DNA of 32,000 nucleotides from Acaryochloris marina S15 (GTDB lineage Bacteria; Cyanobacteriota; Cyanobacteriia; Thermosynechococcales; Thermosynechococcaceae): NCBI RefSeq assembly GCF_018336915.1, contig NZ_CP064923.1, positions 2,580,001 to 2,612,000 of the forward strand, read 5' to 3'. Shown piece by piece: positions 1 to 8,188 of this stretch (position 1 is its first letter; each line of letters starts with the position of its first letter). The notes under the pieces were generated by a model. It saw only the letters and a program-made list of their open reading frames with translations, ran no database searches and was not told where the DNA came from. The position numbers and the translations under genes were made by a program.

Positions 1-415
1 TGTCCACATTGATCACCCGAGGTTCATGGGTATGAACGGCATTCAGTGCTTTAGTCAGAAAGCGCTTCGCAGCCTTAGCATCCCGCTTTGCTGTGAGTAA
101 AAAGTCGAGGGTGTAGCCATCAGAGTCTACGGCTCGATATAGGTATCGCCACTTTTTACGGATTTTGATGTAAGTTTCATCAACTCTCCAAGAATCATTG
201 GTAGGCTTGAGATGCCGACGACAGCGCTTGTCTAGCTCAGGAGAATATTTGAGAACCCACCGATTGATGGTGCTGTGATCCACCTCTAAGCCCCTCTCTA
301 TCATCATCTCTTCTAAATTTCTATAGCTGAGGGGATAACGGCAATACCAACGAACATTGAGCAGGATGATCTCAGATTGGTAATGACGCCATTTGAACAG
401 ATCAGTAGTTTTCAT
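1..415 (-). CDS. IS6-family DDE transposase, N-terminal ~138 codons (partial, runs off window)
   Basis: The rc ATG is at 413-415. The sequence is identical to the 5' part of ORF 1551..2261. It is missing from the ORF track because it is open-ended. Confidence 0.9.
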   Translation of the reverse strand, partial: MKTTDLFKWRHYQSEIILLNVRWYCRYPLSYRNLEEMMIERGLEVDHSTINRWVLKYSPELDKRCRRHLKPTNDSWRVDETYIKIRKKWRYLYRAVDSDGYTLDFLLTAKRDAKAAKRFLTKALNAVHTHEPRVINVD

Positions 416-492
416 TGATGGGAGAGAAAAGGAACAGAGCCTCTCAATTTACCACTGTCTATCGGTCAACACTCTATTTTTGCGACACTACC
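1..492 (-). mobile_element. IS6-family insertion sequence, copy 1 (rest of element lies left of the window)
   Basis: nt 1-492 match 1847-2338 with no mismatch I could find. It ends at 492 with the same terminal repeat as copy 2 (rc GGTAGTGTCGCAAAAATAG). Confidence 0.9.
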
Positions 493-881
493 TGAAATAC
501 TACCTCCTTGTGGAACACCTTCTGTTGTCTTCTGTACTCCCTTCCTTTCTGCCCATTTACTAAAGTCTATGACTCCAGCTTTTAGCCACGCCTTAATCTG
601 GCGTTTAAAGATTGGAAAGGTATTTAGTTTTTCCAACAGCTTGGAATGGGATATTTTGTCAAAACATTTGCAAATGTCCGCATCTAAAACATACTTCGAT
701 TTTTGTTTGATGCATGTTCGGATTGCTTCTATTGCGTCATGACAACTTCTACCTGGTCTAAAGCCATATGAGTTTGATGCAAAACGGGCTTCCCACTCTG
801 GCTCTAGGGCCATTTTGATGAGCGTTTGTTTTGCTCTTTCCTTAATTGTCGGGATTCCGAGTCCTCGTTTTTCCTTTTTCC
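493..881 (-). pseudogene. Group II intron-type reverse transcriptase fragment (RT finger/palm motifs only), cut at both ends by IS elements
   Basis: Track ORF 466..894 reads ...RGLGIPTIKERAKQTLIKMALEPEWEARF..YGFRPGRSCHDAI..YVLDADICKCFDKI..GVPQGG. By eye this is roughly two-thirds identical to residues ~117-235 of the intact IEP at 18432..20159. The first residues (MRHD) and last residues (GSVAKIEC) of the track ORF are read-through into the IS1 and IS6 terminal repeats. Confidence 0.85.
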
Positions 882-1494
882 GGTCGTGCCTCAAGTAATT
901 GTGGGTTGAGTATACTAGAGGCTCAGCTCAGCTTCTAACCTACCCATGCAATGCCCACTATGCGGTCATTCCAAAGCACACAAGCATGGCAAGATGCCCA
1001 ACATGCTTCAACGATACCGTTGTCCTGAGTGCCAGCAGACCTTTACTGAACGCTTTGATACCCTTTACTATCGTCGTCAGGTGAGTCCAGAGCAGGTCCG
1101 ACAAGTTCTCCAAGCCCATGCAGAAGGGAGTAGTCTTCGAGGTATCACTCGGACCAGTGGCCTGGCTTACAACACTGTAGTCTCTCTAGTAAGAGCTGCT
1201 AGCCAACGATCTCAGCAACTCCATAATGGCCAAGTGCAAGCCGTTGAAACGGAGGATGTCAGTGCAGATGAAATGTGGTCCTTTGTGAAAAAAAGCAAAA
1301 ACACTGTCTTCCCCATGAGCTAGAGATGGGTGATTGTTGGATGGCGATTACCTTGGCAAACACAAGCGGCGTGATCCTCTCGTGTCGTGTGGGCAAGCAC
1401 ACCGATTCATTATTGAATGAACTGGTGACTAGCACTGAAGGTAAGACCGATTGCAAGGACTGGAATAGCGACGATTGGGGGGGGTACGAAAGAG
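882..1494 (+). mobile_element. IS1-family element, 3'-truncated copy (cut by IS6 copy 2)
   Basis: It starts with the terminal IR GGTCGTGCCTCAAGTAATTGTGGG at 882. It is colinear and apparently identical with 16071 down to 15459 of the complete copy. Identity stops at 1494, where the IS6 IR begins. Confidence 0.9.
946..1494 (+). pseudogene. insA: IS1 transposase: InsA frame intact (946..1323), InsB frame truncated after ...DDWGGYER
   Basis: InsA is 125 aa with CPLCG...CPEC zinc-finger pairs and an HTH. An A7 run at 1288-1294 links it to the -1 frame (KQKHCLPHELEMGDCW...). The InsB frame loses its DDE C-terminus at the IS6 junction. Confidence 0.85.
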
Positions 1495-2338
1495 GGTTGT
1501 GTCGCAAAAAATGCTTCCAGTTACAAAACTCCTCAGATTTCTATCCGAGACTATGCAGCTAATCCGAAGATTTGATTGATAAAAGAGATCTGTCCTACCA
1601 CATCATCTTTGCCCACATTTTTGATCTGACCTTTACGGATCATGTTCATCGCTTCATACCCTTTTAAGGTTCGTCTAGCCGAGTTAAACGATCCAAATCC
1701 CATACCAGGGTTCACGAGACTTTTAATGCCACGATGATCTTGCTCCACTATATTATTGAGGTATTTTACCTGCCGTACTTTTACTCCTTCAGGGATACGT
1801 TCCTCTTCCTGTAACTGCTCAACAGCAGGAGGATATGCTGGATTCTTGTCCACATTGATCACCCGAGGTTCATGGGTATGAACGGCATTCAGTGCTTTAG
1901 TCAGAAAGCGCTTCGCAGCCTTAGCATCCCGCTTTGCTGTGAGTAAAAAGTCGAGGGTGTAGCCATCAGAGTCTACGGCTCGATATAGGTATCGCCACTT
2001 TTTACGGATTTTGATGTAAGTTTCATCAACTCTCCAAGAATCATTGGTAGGCTTGAGATGCCGACGACAGCGCTTGTCTAGCTCAGGAGAATATTTGAGA
2101 ACCCACCGATTGATGGTGCTGTGATCCACCTCTAAGCCCCTCTCTATCATCATCTCTTCTAAATTTCTATAGCTGAGGGGATAACGGCAATACCAACGAA
2201 CATTGAGCAGGATGATCTCAGATTGGTAATGACGCCATTTGAACAGATCAGTAGTTTTCATTGATGGGAGAGAAAAGGAACAGAGCCTCTCAATTTACCA
2301 CTGTCTATCGGTCAACACTCTATTTTTGCGACACTACC
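1495..2338 (-). mobile_element. IS6-family insertion sequence, complete copy 2 (844 bp)
   Basis: Imperfect terminal IRs are GGTTGTGTCGCAAAAAATG (1495 onward) and GGTAGTGTCGCAAAAATAG (rc of 2338 backward). There is a single transposase ORF. The flanks CGAAAGAG and GAATCTAT do not form an 8-bp duplication. Confidence 0.9.
1551..2261 (-). CDS. IS6-family DDE transposase (236 aa)
   Basis: The translation has the IS6/IS26-type layout: an N-terminal HTH (YRNLEEMMIERGLEVDHSTINRWV), then WRVDETYIKI, VINVDKNPAY and NNIVEQDHRGIK motifs. Confidence 0.9.
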   Translation of the reverse strand: MKTTDLFKWRHYQSEIILLNVRWYCRYPLSYRNLEEMMIERGLEVDHSTINRWVLKYSPELDKRCRRHLKPTNDSWRVDETYIKIRKKWRYLYRAVDSDGYTLDFLLTAKRDAKAAKRFLTKALNAVHTHEPRVINVDKNPAYPPAVEQLQEEERIPEGVKVRQVKYLNNIVEQDHRGIKSLVNPGMGFGSFNSARRTLKGYEAMNMIRKGQIKNVGKDDVVGQISFINQIFGLAA

Positions 2339-2371
2339 GAATCTATTGTCCTTGACCCGTTTTTTTTTGGC

Positions 2372-2599
2372 CTATGCTTCCCCGACTCTTTGCATACGCC
2401 CTTCATAACCATCTTCTTCAGATGCCCCCATCATGAAGGTGCCACCAGGTATATAAATCATTTCTAGTGAAGTTGTTGCATCTAATTCTTCAACAAAATA
2501 CTTCACTGATTTATGTTCTTTTTTGAGTTTTTTATTCTCTAGAGTGACTGTATCAAACTCAAGTTCATGGTAGTTGAAATCGGTTTTAGATGTAGCCAT
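2372..2599 (-). pseudogene. N-terminal fragment of a formylglycine-generating-enzyme (SUMF1/FGE-sulfatase)-like domain protein
   Basis: The motif ...LEMIYIPGGTFMMGASEEDGYEGR... resembles the start of the FGE-sulfatase fold. The frame breaks next to a T9 run (2360-2368), and the IS6 end lies 34 bp further on. Only ~75 codons remain. Confidence 0.4.
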
Positions 2600-2744
2600 G
2601 TTCTCATTTTATTAGATCTCTACATAAACAAGCCTGTCAACATTTATTGATAAGCTCACAAGTAGGCATTTTTATTGTCTTGTAATATCTCGATCTATGC
2701 TCTCCTCTGATTTTTCCGTGCCGAACTCTATGAGACGGACGGTT

Positions 2745-2865
2745 GGGATGTCGGAAATTTGAGCAAAACGCGACATAAATTACACCACAGAGAACGAACT
2801 TCAAGATCACTATATTAGATCTGTGATTCTTATTCCAGATTTTTGACTAAAATCTGTATTACACG
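2745..2865 (+). repeat. Copy 1 of a ~100-130 bp dispersed repeat (partner at 17880..18013, inverted)
   Basis: The core ...GAGCAAAACGCGACATAAATTACACCACAGAGAACGAACTTCAAGATCACTATATTAGATCTGTGATTCTTATTCCAGATTTT aligns at roughly 80% (by eye) with the reverse complement of 17915-18013. It contains a conserved small hairpin, AAGATCAC-N12-GTGATTCTT. Confidence 0.7.
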
Positions 2866-2974
2866 AAAAATTACACGAAATAATGGTATGGTATCCTAGG
2901 ACTGTACAATTCTCTCCCCACATATGTTTCACTTGCTATGTCGAGGAGAGTAAATATCCAGGAGTCTGGAGACG

Positions 2975-3634
2975 ATGCAAACTCAGCTACCTGTTGCCGA
3001 AACCAAAGAGTCGATGCCCGCTGAGCAGCGCCTGACGTTGAATAATATTGCTTGGGACACCTATGAAAAAATTCTGGATGCCTTCGGCGAATATCGAGCC
3101 GTTCGCTTGCACTACAACGAGGGAGTCCTTGAATTTATGGTTCCGCTAGAAGCCCATGAAAACCCCAGTGATATCATTGGAGCCTTTATTAGAAGGTTGG
3201 TGGTAGATAGTGGCTTTGATCTCAAAAGTATGGCATCTACGACCTTGCGCCGAAAGGAGCTACAAAAGGGAGCTGAACCTGATAAGTGTTTCTATATTCA
3301 AAATGAATCTAAAGTCCGAGGTCGGGAAGTCGATCTTGAAAAAGATCCCCCGCCTGATTTAGTGCTGGAAGTGGACATTACCCATACGGATATTGATAAG
3401 AACCATCTGTATGCCAAGTTTGGTGTCCCCGAGTTTTGGCGCTTCGATGGCCAAACATTAACCATTCTCCAACTCCAGGATGGGGAATACCAGGAAGTTG
3501 AACAGAGCCTGAGTCTTCCTTGGGTTAATAAGTCATTGTTCTACGAATACCTCAATAACTGTAAGACTTTGGGCGAAGCCCAAGCGTTACGCCAACTTTC
3601 GACTTGGATTGCATCCCATTTTCCTCAGTCATGA
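2975..3634 (+). CDS. Uma2-family (DUF820) PD-(D/E)XK endonuclease
   Basis: 219 aa. Typical Uma2 pattern: ...AWDTYEKILDAFGEYRAVRLHYNEGVLEFMVPLEAHE...PDLVLEVDITHTDIDKNHLYAKFGVPEFWRFDG... Confidence 0.85.
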   Translation: MQTQLPVAETKESMPAEQRLTLNNIAWDTYEKILDAFGEYRAVRLHYNEGVLEFMVPLEAHENPSDIIGAFIRRLVVDSGFDLKSMASTTLRRKELQKGAEPDKCFYIQNESKVRGREVDLEKDPPPDLVLEVDITHTDIDKNHLYAKFGVPEFWRFDGQTLTILQLQDGEYQEVEQSLSLPWVNKSLFYEYLNNCKTLGEAQALRQLSTWIASHFPQS

Positions 3635-3638
3635 TGCT

Positions 3639-4166
3639 ATGCCGCTACCCCCTAACCCCAAATGCTTAGCCTGTCTGGATTATTCCAGGGCTGAAGCCAA
3701 ACGAGTGCATGGTCCCCAAGGTGATGGCTGTTGGAAGGATAATGCCTGCGATCGCAAACGAAATCACTACCGCCACCGCAAAGAAAGCAATGCTAAACGT
3801 CGGGGAGAATACGCTGACCAGAAAGCAAAAATAACCCCAGATAAAACCACTGAAACCTTCTCGATTCCCGTACTGGCCCCACCCGTGGCTTTGCTCTATC
3901 TTTACAAAGAAAAGCCCAAGGATGCCCACCTCCATGCCCTAGCGATCAGTGTCTGGCAAGGGAGTGAGAAGCTAGCGGCAGTTGAAGCCGTCCACTGTAT
4001 GGGGATGACGAATACCCAAGTGAATCGGTATTTGAAGGAGGTGCTGAAGGTGCTGGGCGATCGGTATGGCATCACGGAATTTGAACCCCCGATTCGCATG
4101 GAACCGACCGAGTGTGAAATTGCAGAATGTCCACTAAAGGATAAGCGCTATGTTCACTCAGCTTGA
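3639..4166 (+). CDS. Hypothetical Cys-rich, highly basic protein (~175 aa from ATG 3639)
   Basis: The frame is open from 3609. I prefer ATG 3639, 5 nt after the Uma2 stop. The N-terminus has CLAC...GDGCWKDNAC (possible zinc ribbon) followed by an R/K/H-rich stretch. No family recognised. Confidence 0.6.
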   Translation: MPLPPNPKCLACLDYSRAEAKRVHGPQGDGCWKDNACDRKRNHYRHRKESNAKRRGEYADQKAKITPDKTTETFSIPVLAPPVALLYLYKEKPKDAHLHALAISVWQGSEKLAAVEAVHCMGMTNTQVNRYLKEVLKVLGDRYGITEFEPPIRMEPTECEIAECPLKDKRYVHSA

Positions 4167-4806
4167 GCTTGATTTCGCCAGTGCGCTAGCCTCTGCTTTA
4201 GACGAACCAGAGCAAGCTGATATTTCCCTGATGTGTGCCTCACTAGAGCAACATCTACAGGGCCGTTCTCCCCATGAACAGCTCCGAGTGGCTGGGGATG
4301 CGATCAAGGATATGGCTGAGGTCTGTTTTCAGCGGGCAGAGCTAATGATTCAGGGGTGGGAAGACAGATACAACTCTGAAGGTCCAGTTTTGGATGAGGA
4401 CTTCTTGGCTGGGATGGTTCAGCAGACTATGTTTCTGGATGTCTCGGATCTGTGTCGTCAGCCGAAGTCACGGAAGAGTCGTCAGGGGTTCACGGGGGTT
4501 CCTGTTGAGTCTGTCGTGGGGGAAGTTAGTAAGGATGCTGTCTTGGATTTTGTCGATGATTTGGAGTCTGGGGAAGCAGTTGCTCTCAAGGTCAGCCATG
4601 TGGAAGATGTGGGGGCATGGGTTAGTGCGATTTGTGAGTATTTGGAAGGGGTCAAGGATGCCGTGTCGTTTGTAGAGCTGGTGAGGGAGCTGGAGATGCC
4701 TCCCGTTACTGTGCTGATCGGCTTGTTGTTAGGTGGCTTTCGGGTAGAACAGCGGGGAGAATTCTATAGTCAATCTCTTCGGATAAGTCAGGGTTTGACT
4801 AAGTGA
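4150..4806 (+). CDS. Hypothetical acidic protein (218 aa), possible C-terminal winged-helix
   Basis: The start overlaps the previous ORF by 17 nt, suggesting translational coupling. The protein is acidic. Its C-terminus (FVELVRELEMPPVTVLIGLLLGGFRVEQRGEFY) is reminiscent of ScpA/kleisin-type winged helices, but this is a weak similarity from memory only. Confidence 0.55.
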   Translation: MFTQLELDFASALASALDEPEQADISLMCASLEQHLQGRSPHEQLRVAGDAIKDMAEVCFQRAELMIQGWEDRYNSEGPVLDEDFLAGMVQQTMFLDVSDLCRQPKSRKSRQGFTGVPVESVVGEVSKDAVLDFVDDLESGEAVALKVSHVEDVGAWVSAICEYLEGVKDAVSFVELVRELEMPPVTVLIGLLLGGFRVEQRGEFYSQSLRISQGLTK

Positions 4807-4808
4807 TT

Positions 4809-4828
4809 TGCAACTAAAACTAGTTGCA
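4809..4828 (+). terminator. Candidate intrinsic terminator hairpin after the three-gene cassette
   Basis: TGCAACTA-AAAC-TAGTTGCA is a perfect 8-bp stem with a 4-nt loop, 3 nt after the stop at 4806, followed by GTTATTC (a weak U-tract). Confidence 0.4.
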
Positions 4829-4874
4829 GTTATTCATAAGATCCAAGATAATATAATCAGTTCTGGTCTTTGAT

Positions 4875-5129
4875 ATGACTCGTAAAGAGAAGCTGATTAA
4901 ACGCTTTCTCACCCGCCCCAAAGACTTTACCTGGGACGAGTTAGTTGTGTTGCTTGCCTTTTTTCAATTTTCTGAAGTATCGACTGGCAAAACGGGGGGT
5001 TCTAGAAGACGTTTCATCAATGAAGAGGGTCTTGTGATCAGCCTTCATAAACCCCATCCACGAAAAATATTAAAGAAATATCAGATTGAACAAGTCATGG
5101 ACATTCTTGAACAGGAGGGGCTGCTATGA
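4875..5129 (+). CDS. hicA: Type II toxin HicA family (mRNA interferase)
   Basis: 84 aa, ...FTWDELVVLLAFFQFSEVSTGKTGGSRRRF...SLHKPHP..ILKKYQIEQV. It has a 4-nt overlap with the downstream hicB. Confidence 0.8.
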   Translation: MTRKEKLIKRFLTRPKDFTWDELVVLLAFFQFSEVSTGKTGGSRRRFINEEGLVISLHKPHPRKILKKYQIEQVMDILEQEGLL

Positions 5130-5467
5130 AAAATATGATGGAATACCAAGGCTACTTTGGCTCCGTTAATTTCAGTGATGAGGATGAAGTATTCTTTGGA
5201 AAGGTTGAGTTCATTCGCAGCTTAATTAGCTATGAAGGTACTGACGTTCAATCTCTAAAATCAGCTTTTCATGAAGCCGTTGATGAATACCATTCTGATT
5301 GTGCTGAAAACGAAATTGAGCCTGAACGTCCCTTTAAGGGAAGCTTCAATATTAGACCTGGAACTCAACTTCATAGACGGGCTGCGATCACAGCTCAGCA
5401 ACGAGGGATTAATCTTAATACGCTAGTAACTGAAGCGTTGGAGAATTATCTACAACCATCAAAATAG
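5126..5467 (+). CDS. hicB: Type II antitoxin HicB family with C-terminal RHH-like tail
   Basis: 113 aa, YQGYFGSVNFSDEDEVFFGKVEFIRSLISYEGTDVQSLKSAFHEAVDEY...FKGSFNIRPGTQLHRRAAITAQQRGINLNTLVTEALENYL. Confidence 0.8.
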   Translation: MKNMMEYQGYFGSVNFSDEDEVFFGKVEFIRSLISYEGTDVQSLKSAFHEAVDEYHSDCAENEIEPERPFKGSFNIRPGTQLHRRAAITAQQRGINLNTLVTEALENYLQPSK

Positions 5468-5725
5468 AAGGCTAAATAACTTCAATCTTATAAGACCTCA
5501 GAATCTGTAAGAACCAGGCTTGACCTAGAGGAAAGTATGCCAAAAAAATTGAATATTAAAGGCTTCGAGTAGATTTCCTTGAGAACTTTTCTTGTTTTCA
5601 AAGATCTCTCATGTATTTGGCTGACAACCACCGCATAGTCTTATATATGAGGGCATTGCTTAGACGATGGTTAAAGACCAGGGAGCTAGCGCCTTACTGA
5701 AATCATTTAGGAATGTAGTAAACCG

Positions 5726-6316
5726 ATGGACTCTAGCCGTTCCGCTCAGCTTTCTCTGAAGATTCAGTTAAACCATCCTGCGCTATTGGAGGGGCTGGAT
5801 GTGTGGTTGCAGCGAGGACTGATCTCTGATGTCAAAGTCCGAGAATTTTGCCAGCAAAACCTGACCTGCAAACTCTTAGTATCTTCACAGAGCATAGAGA
5901 CAACTGTTACTCATCAAGTTAACAGGTTGGAGGCTACCGTTCCCTCATCTAGCGACTCACCTCAGGTACCAGCTCTACAAATATCTTCCCCTCCTCAGCA
6001 GCAAAAGACAGACTGGCTGACACAAATTCTGCAATCCCTGATGGCAGAGCTGAGCGTCTTGTGGTTGCTGCTGTTGGGCGTTTTTATGGTGGTGGTATCC
6101 TCTGGGGTGCTGGCCGCAACCCAATGGCAGTATTTTTCATCTGCAGGACAGTATAGTTTGCTGCTAGCCTATACCCTGGTTTTCGCTGCTGTGGCCTATG
6201 GACTAGAGCGCCGCCTTCAGCTACAGCTCACAGCTCGGATGCTGCAGATGACCACACTGCTGATCATCCCAGTTAACTTTTGGATGATGGATCAGCTTAC
6301 TCCCTTCCCGCTGTAA
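5726..6316 (+). CDS. Membrane protein, probably a 3'-truncated N-terminal fragment
   Basis: 196 aa: a soluble N-terminus, a Ser/Pro/Gln-rich linker, then at least three hydrophobic helices. The ORF stops abruptly in a TM region, 27 nt before the IS630 remnant ORF begins. Confidence 0.45.
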   Translation: MDSSRSAQLSLKIQLNHPALLEGLDVWLQRGLISDVKVREFCQQNLTCKLLVSSQSIETTVTHQVNRLEATVPSSSDSPQVPALQISSPPQQQKTDWLTQILQSLMAELSVLWLLLLGVFMVVVSSGVLAATQWQYFSSAGQYSLLLAYTLVFAAVAYGLERRLQLQLTARMLQMTTLLIIPVNFWMMDQLTPFPL

Positions 6317-6342
6317 AATCGAGAAGAAAGTAAATAGACGCA

Positions 6343-7048
6343 GTGAACCGAACACAAGCCTTTCGAGATAAGCCTTTTGATGTAGATGAGTGGCAGAAAT
6401 TCTACAATCGCAATCAACAACAATACATTCGCCAGCGATTAACCGCTATTAAACTCTTGCATGAAGGACAGAGTCGTGCCCAAGCGAGTAAGCAAGTAGG
6501 GTGTCGCTATGACACTTTAACGTGTTGGATAGACAAATTTCTCGACGGCGGACTGAGAGGTTTAGTCCAACCCATTCGACATCGAAAACCAAGTCGGTTG
6601 CCTCCAGAACAACAACAGCAACTCAAAGAAATGGTGCTAACACAACACCCGACAGACTATGGCATTGATCGCAATATGTGGACGGGGGCTATTTTGTCAG
6701 TTGTAATTGAGCAACGCTTCGAGGTGCAGTTGAAAGACTCTCGTATTTATGAATTGCTCTCGGAGTTGGGGTTGTCTTACCAGCGAGCCCACCGCGACTA
6801 TGCAAATGCTGATCCGCAAGCCCAGCAAGAATGGGTAGCAGCAGTAAAAAAAACTGCAATCGCTACAACCAGGTGAGCGCATCGTATTTTTTGATGAGTT
6901 TGCTGTCTCTGAGCGTCCCAATTTATTCTATGGCTGGGCAGAACGCAATACTCGTCCAGAGGTTCCGAGCAATGAGCGGGTTCGCAAGAAACTCAACGGT
7001 TTCCTTTGTGTTGATGCCCATAGTGGCGAGGAGTATTTTGGAATAATA
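6343..7048 (+). pseudogene. IS630-family transposase remnant (HTH part plus start of DDE domain), cut by another IS630
   Basis: The frame-1 ORF 6343..6876 holds HTH/winged-helix motifs. After an A8 run (6846-6853) the DDE domain continues in the +1 frame (GERIVFFDEFAVSERPNLFYGWAERNTRPEVPS...LNGFLCVDAHSGEEYF). It ends at TA 7047-7048, where the inner IS630 begins. Confidence 0.8.
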
Positions 7049-8186
7049 CCAATTTGCGTTTTAAATCGTAATTCTCATATGAGGAAGATTGGTCATAGAA
7101 GTCAGCCTATCGGGTAAATCCATGAGTTCTTTGAGTCCCTTGCACAAGGTATCGGATACCTCATCTAAAGAATCAAAAACCTGATTGTAGAAGTGCTTTT
7201 CTTTCACCTCCTCCCAGATATGCTCTACAGCATTGAGTTGTGGACTTCGAGGAGGCTGAACAATCAAGCGTATATTGTCTGGAATGACGAGCTTCTTTCC
7301 GGTGTGGTAAGACGCTCCATCGACCTGCATCACCACAAAATAGTCTGAAAATTCATCCGCCACTTGTGCTAGGAATAAGTTCATCATCTGAGTATTGGAA
7401 AAGGGTAAGACTAAAGCACTCATCTTTCCTAACGCAGGAGCAACAGCAACATAGCCATAGAGATATTCACGGACAAGCTGCTGCCCACTTTCGGGTCGAA
7501 TTCCAGGAGCACACCAAGCTCTTCTTACTTGCCCTAGACGACCAAAGCGCCCTTCGTCTGCTGCCATGATCACAATGGGACGTTGGTCTTCAGCTGAGCG
7601 ATCTGCTACAGCGGTTTGGACCAGCCCCCGAAAGTTTTTTTAAAAGCCTCTCGTGCCGCTTTGTTTCCATTGGGATGGGACGGACGAGGCATGAGTTTGC
7701 GCCATCCGTGTCGGTCTAGCAAACGATAGATAGTACTGGGTGCCACTGACGTCTCCACTTTAGTCTCAAAGGCCGTTTGGATCTCTTGAACCGTTGTTAA
7801 ATGACCTTGTTGAGCACGTTCAATAAACGATTCTAAAAATTCAATCTCTTCTTCGATACTCAGATAAGCACCGGGATTCTTCTTCCGTTTAGCCCTAGGA
7901 GCAATTGCTGCTGCTCCTAGGCGATTGTAAGCGGAAATCACCTGATGGACCGTTCGAAGACTAGTAGCAGTATGCGTGGCTATTTCGATAGCTGGGCGAG
8001 GATCTACCAGGGCGTTATAAATAATCATCCATTTTTGCTGACAGCGGGCAGTCGGAGCCGTGGCAATTTTGTCTTTCACCTCATCCACTGTTAGATGCGG
8101 TTTAACTGTACTAACTCGACTCATATACTTATGGAATGAACATAGGATTAGATCCTATCTAAATTACATCCCAAAACACAAATTGG
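7049..8186 (-). mobile_element. IS630-family insertion sequence (1,138 bp), apparently intact
   Basis: Terminal IRs are CCAATTTGCGTTTTAAATCGTAATT (7049 onward) and CCAATTTGTGTTTTGGGATGTAATT (rc of 8186 backward). TA lies on both sides (7047-48, 8187-88). Confidence 0.85.
7061..8124 (-). CDS. IS630-family transposase made from two frames via a -1 shift at an A7 heptamer
   Basis: ORFA is 7606..8124 (HTH). The ORFB frame is open from 7639 down to 7061 (DDE: ...MAADEGRFG...MQVDGASYH...LPPRSPQLNAVEHIWEEVK). The rc sequence T TTA AAA AAC at 7632-7641 gives ...EAFKK|NFRGLVQ... Confidence 0.8.
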
Positions 8187-8188
8187 TA

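Noticed and set aside
899-2467. Track ORFs 899..1084, 1259..1507, 1275..1562 (tail), 2261..2467, and their mirror copies 15325..15543, 15497..15694, 15869..16054.
   Set aside because: These are overlapping or antisense frames inside IS1 and IS6, or read-through across IS junctions. They are explained by the transposase frames and terminal repeats.
3609-4675. ATG 3609 as the start of the Cys-rich protein, and the overlapping ORFs 3666..3935(-), 3902..4099(-) and 4394..4675(+) as genes.
   Set aside because: ATG 3609 lies inside the Uma2 coding region, whereas ATG 3639 follows its stop directly. The other three are embedded in or antisense to longer ORFs and have hydrophobic or low-complexity translations typical of spurious frames.
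6831-7046. Track ORF 6831..7046 taken as the second half of the outer IS630 transposase.
   Set aside because: It is in the wrong frame, and its product (MGSSSKKNCNRYNQ...) has no transposase motifs. The DDE continuation (GERIVFFDEFAVSERPNLFYGW...) is in the other frame, open from 6848, and lacks its own start codon.
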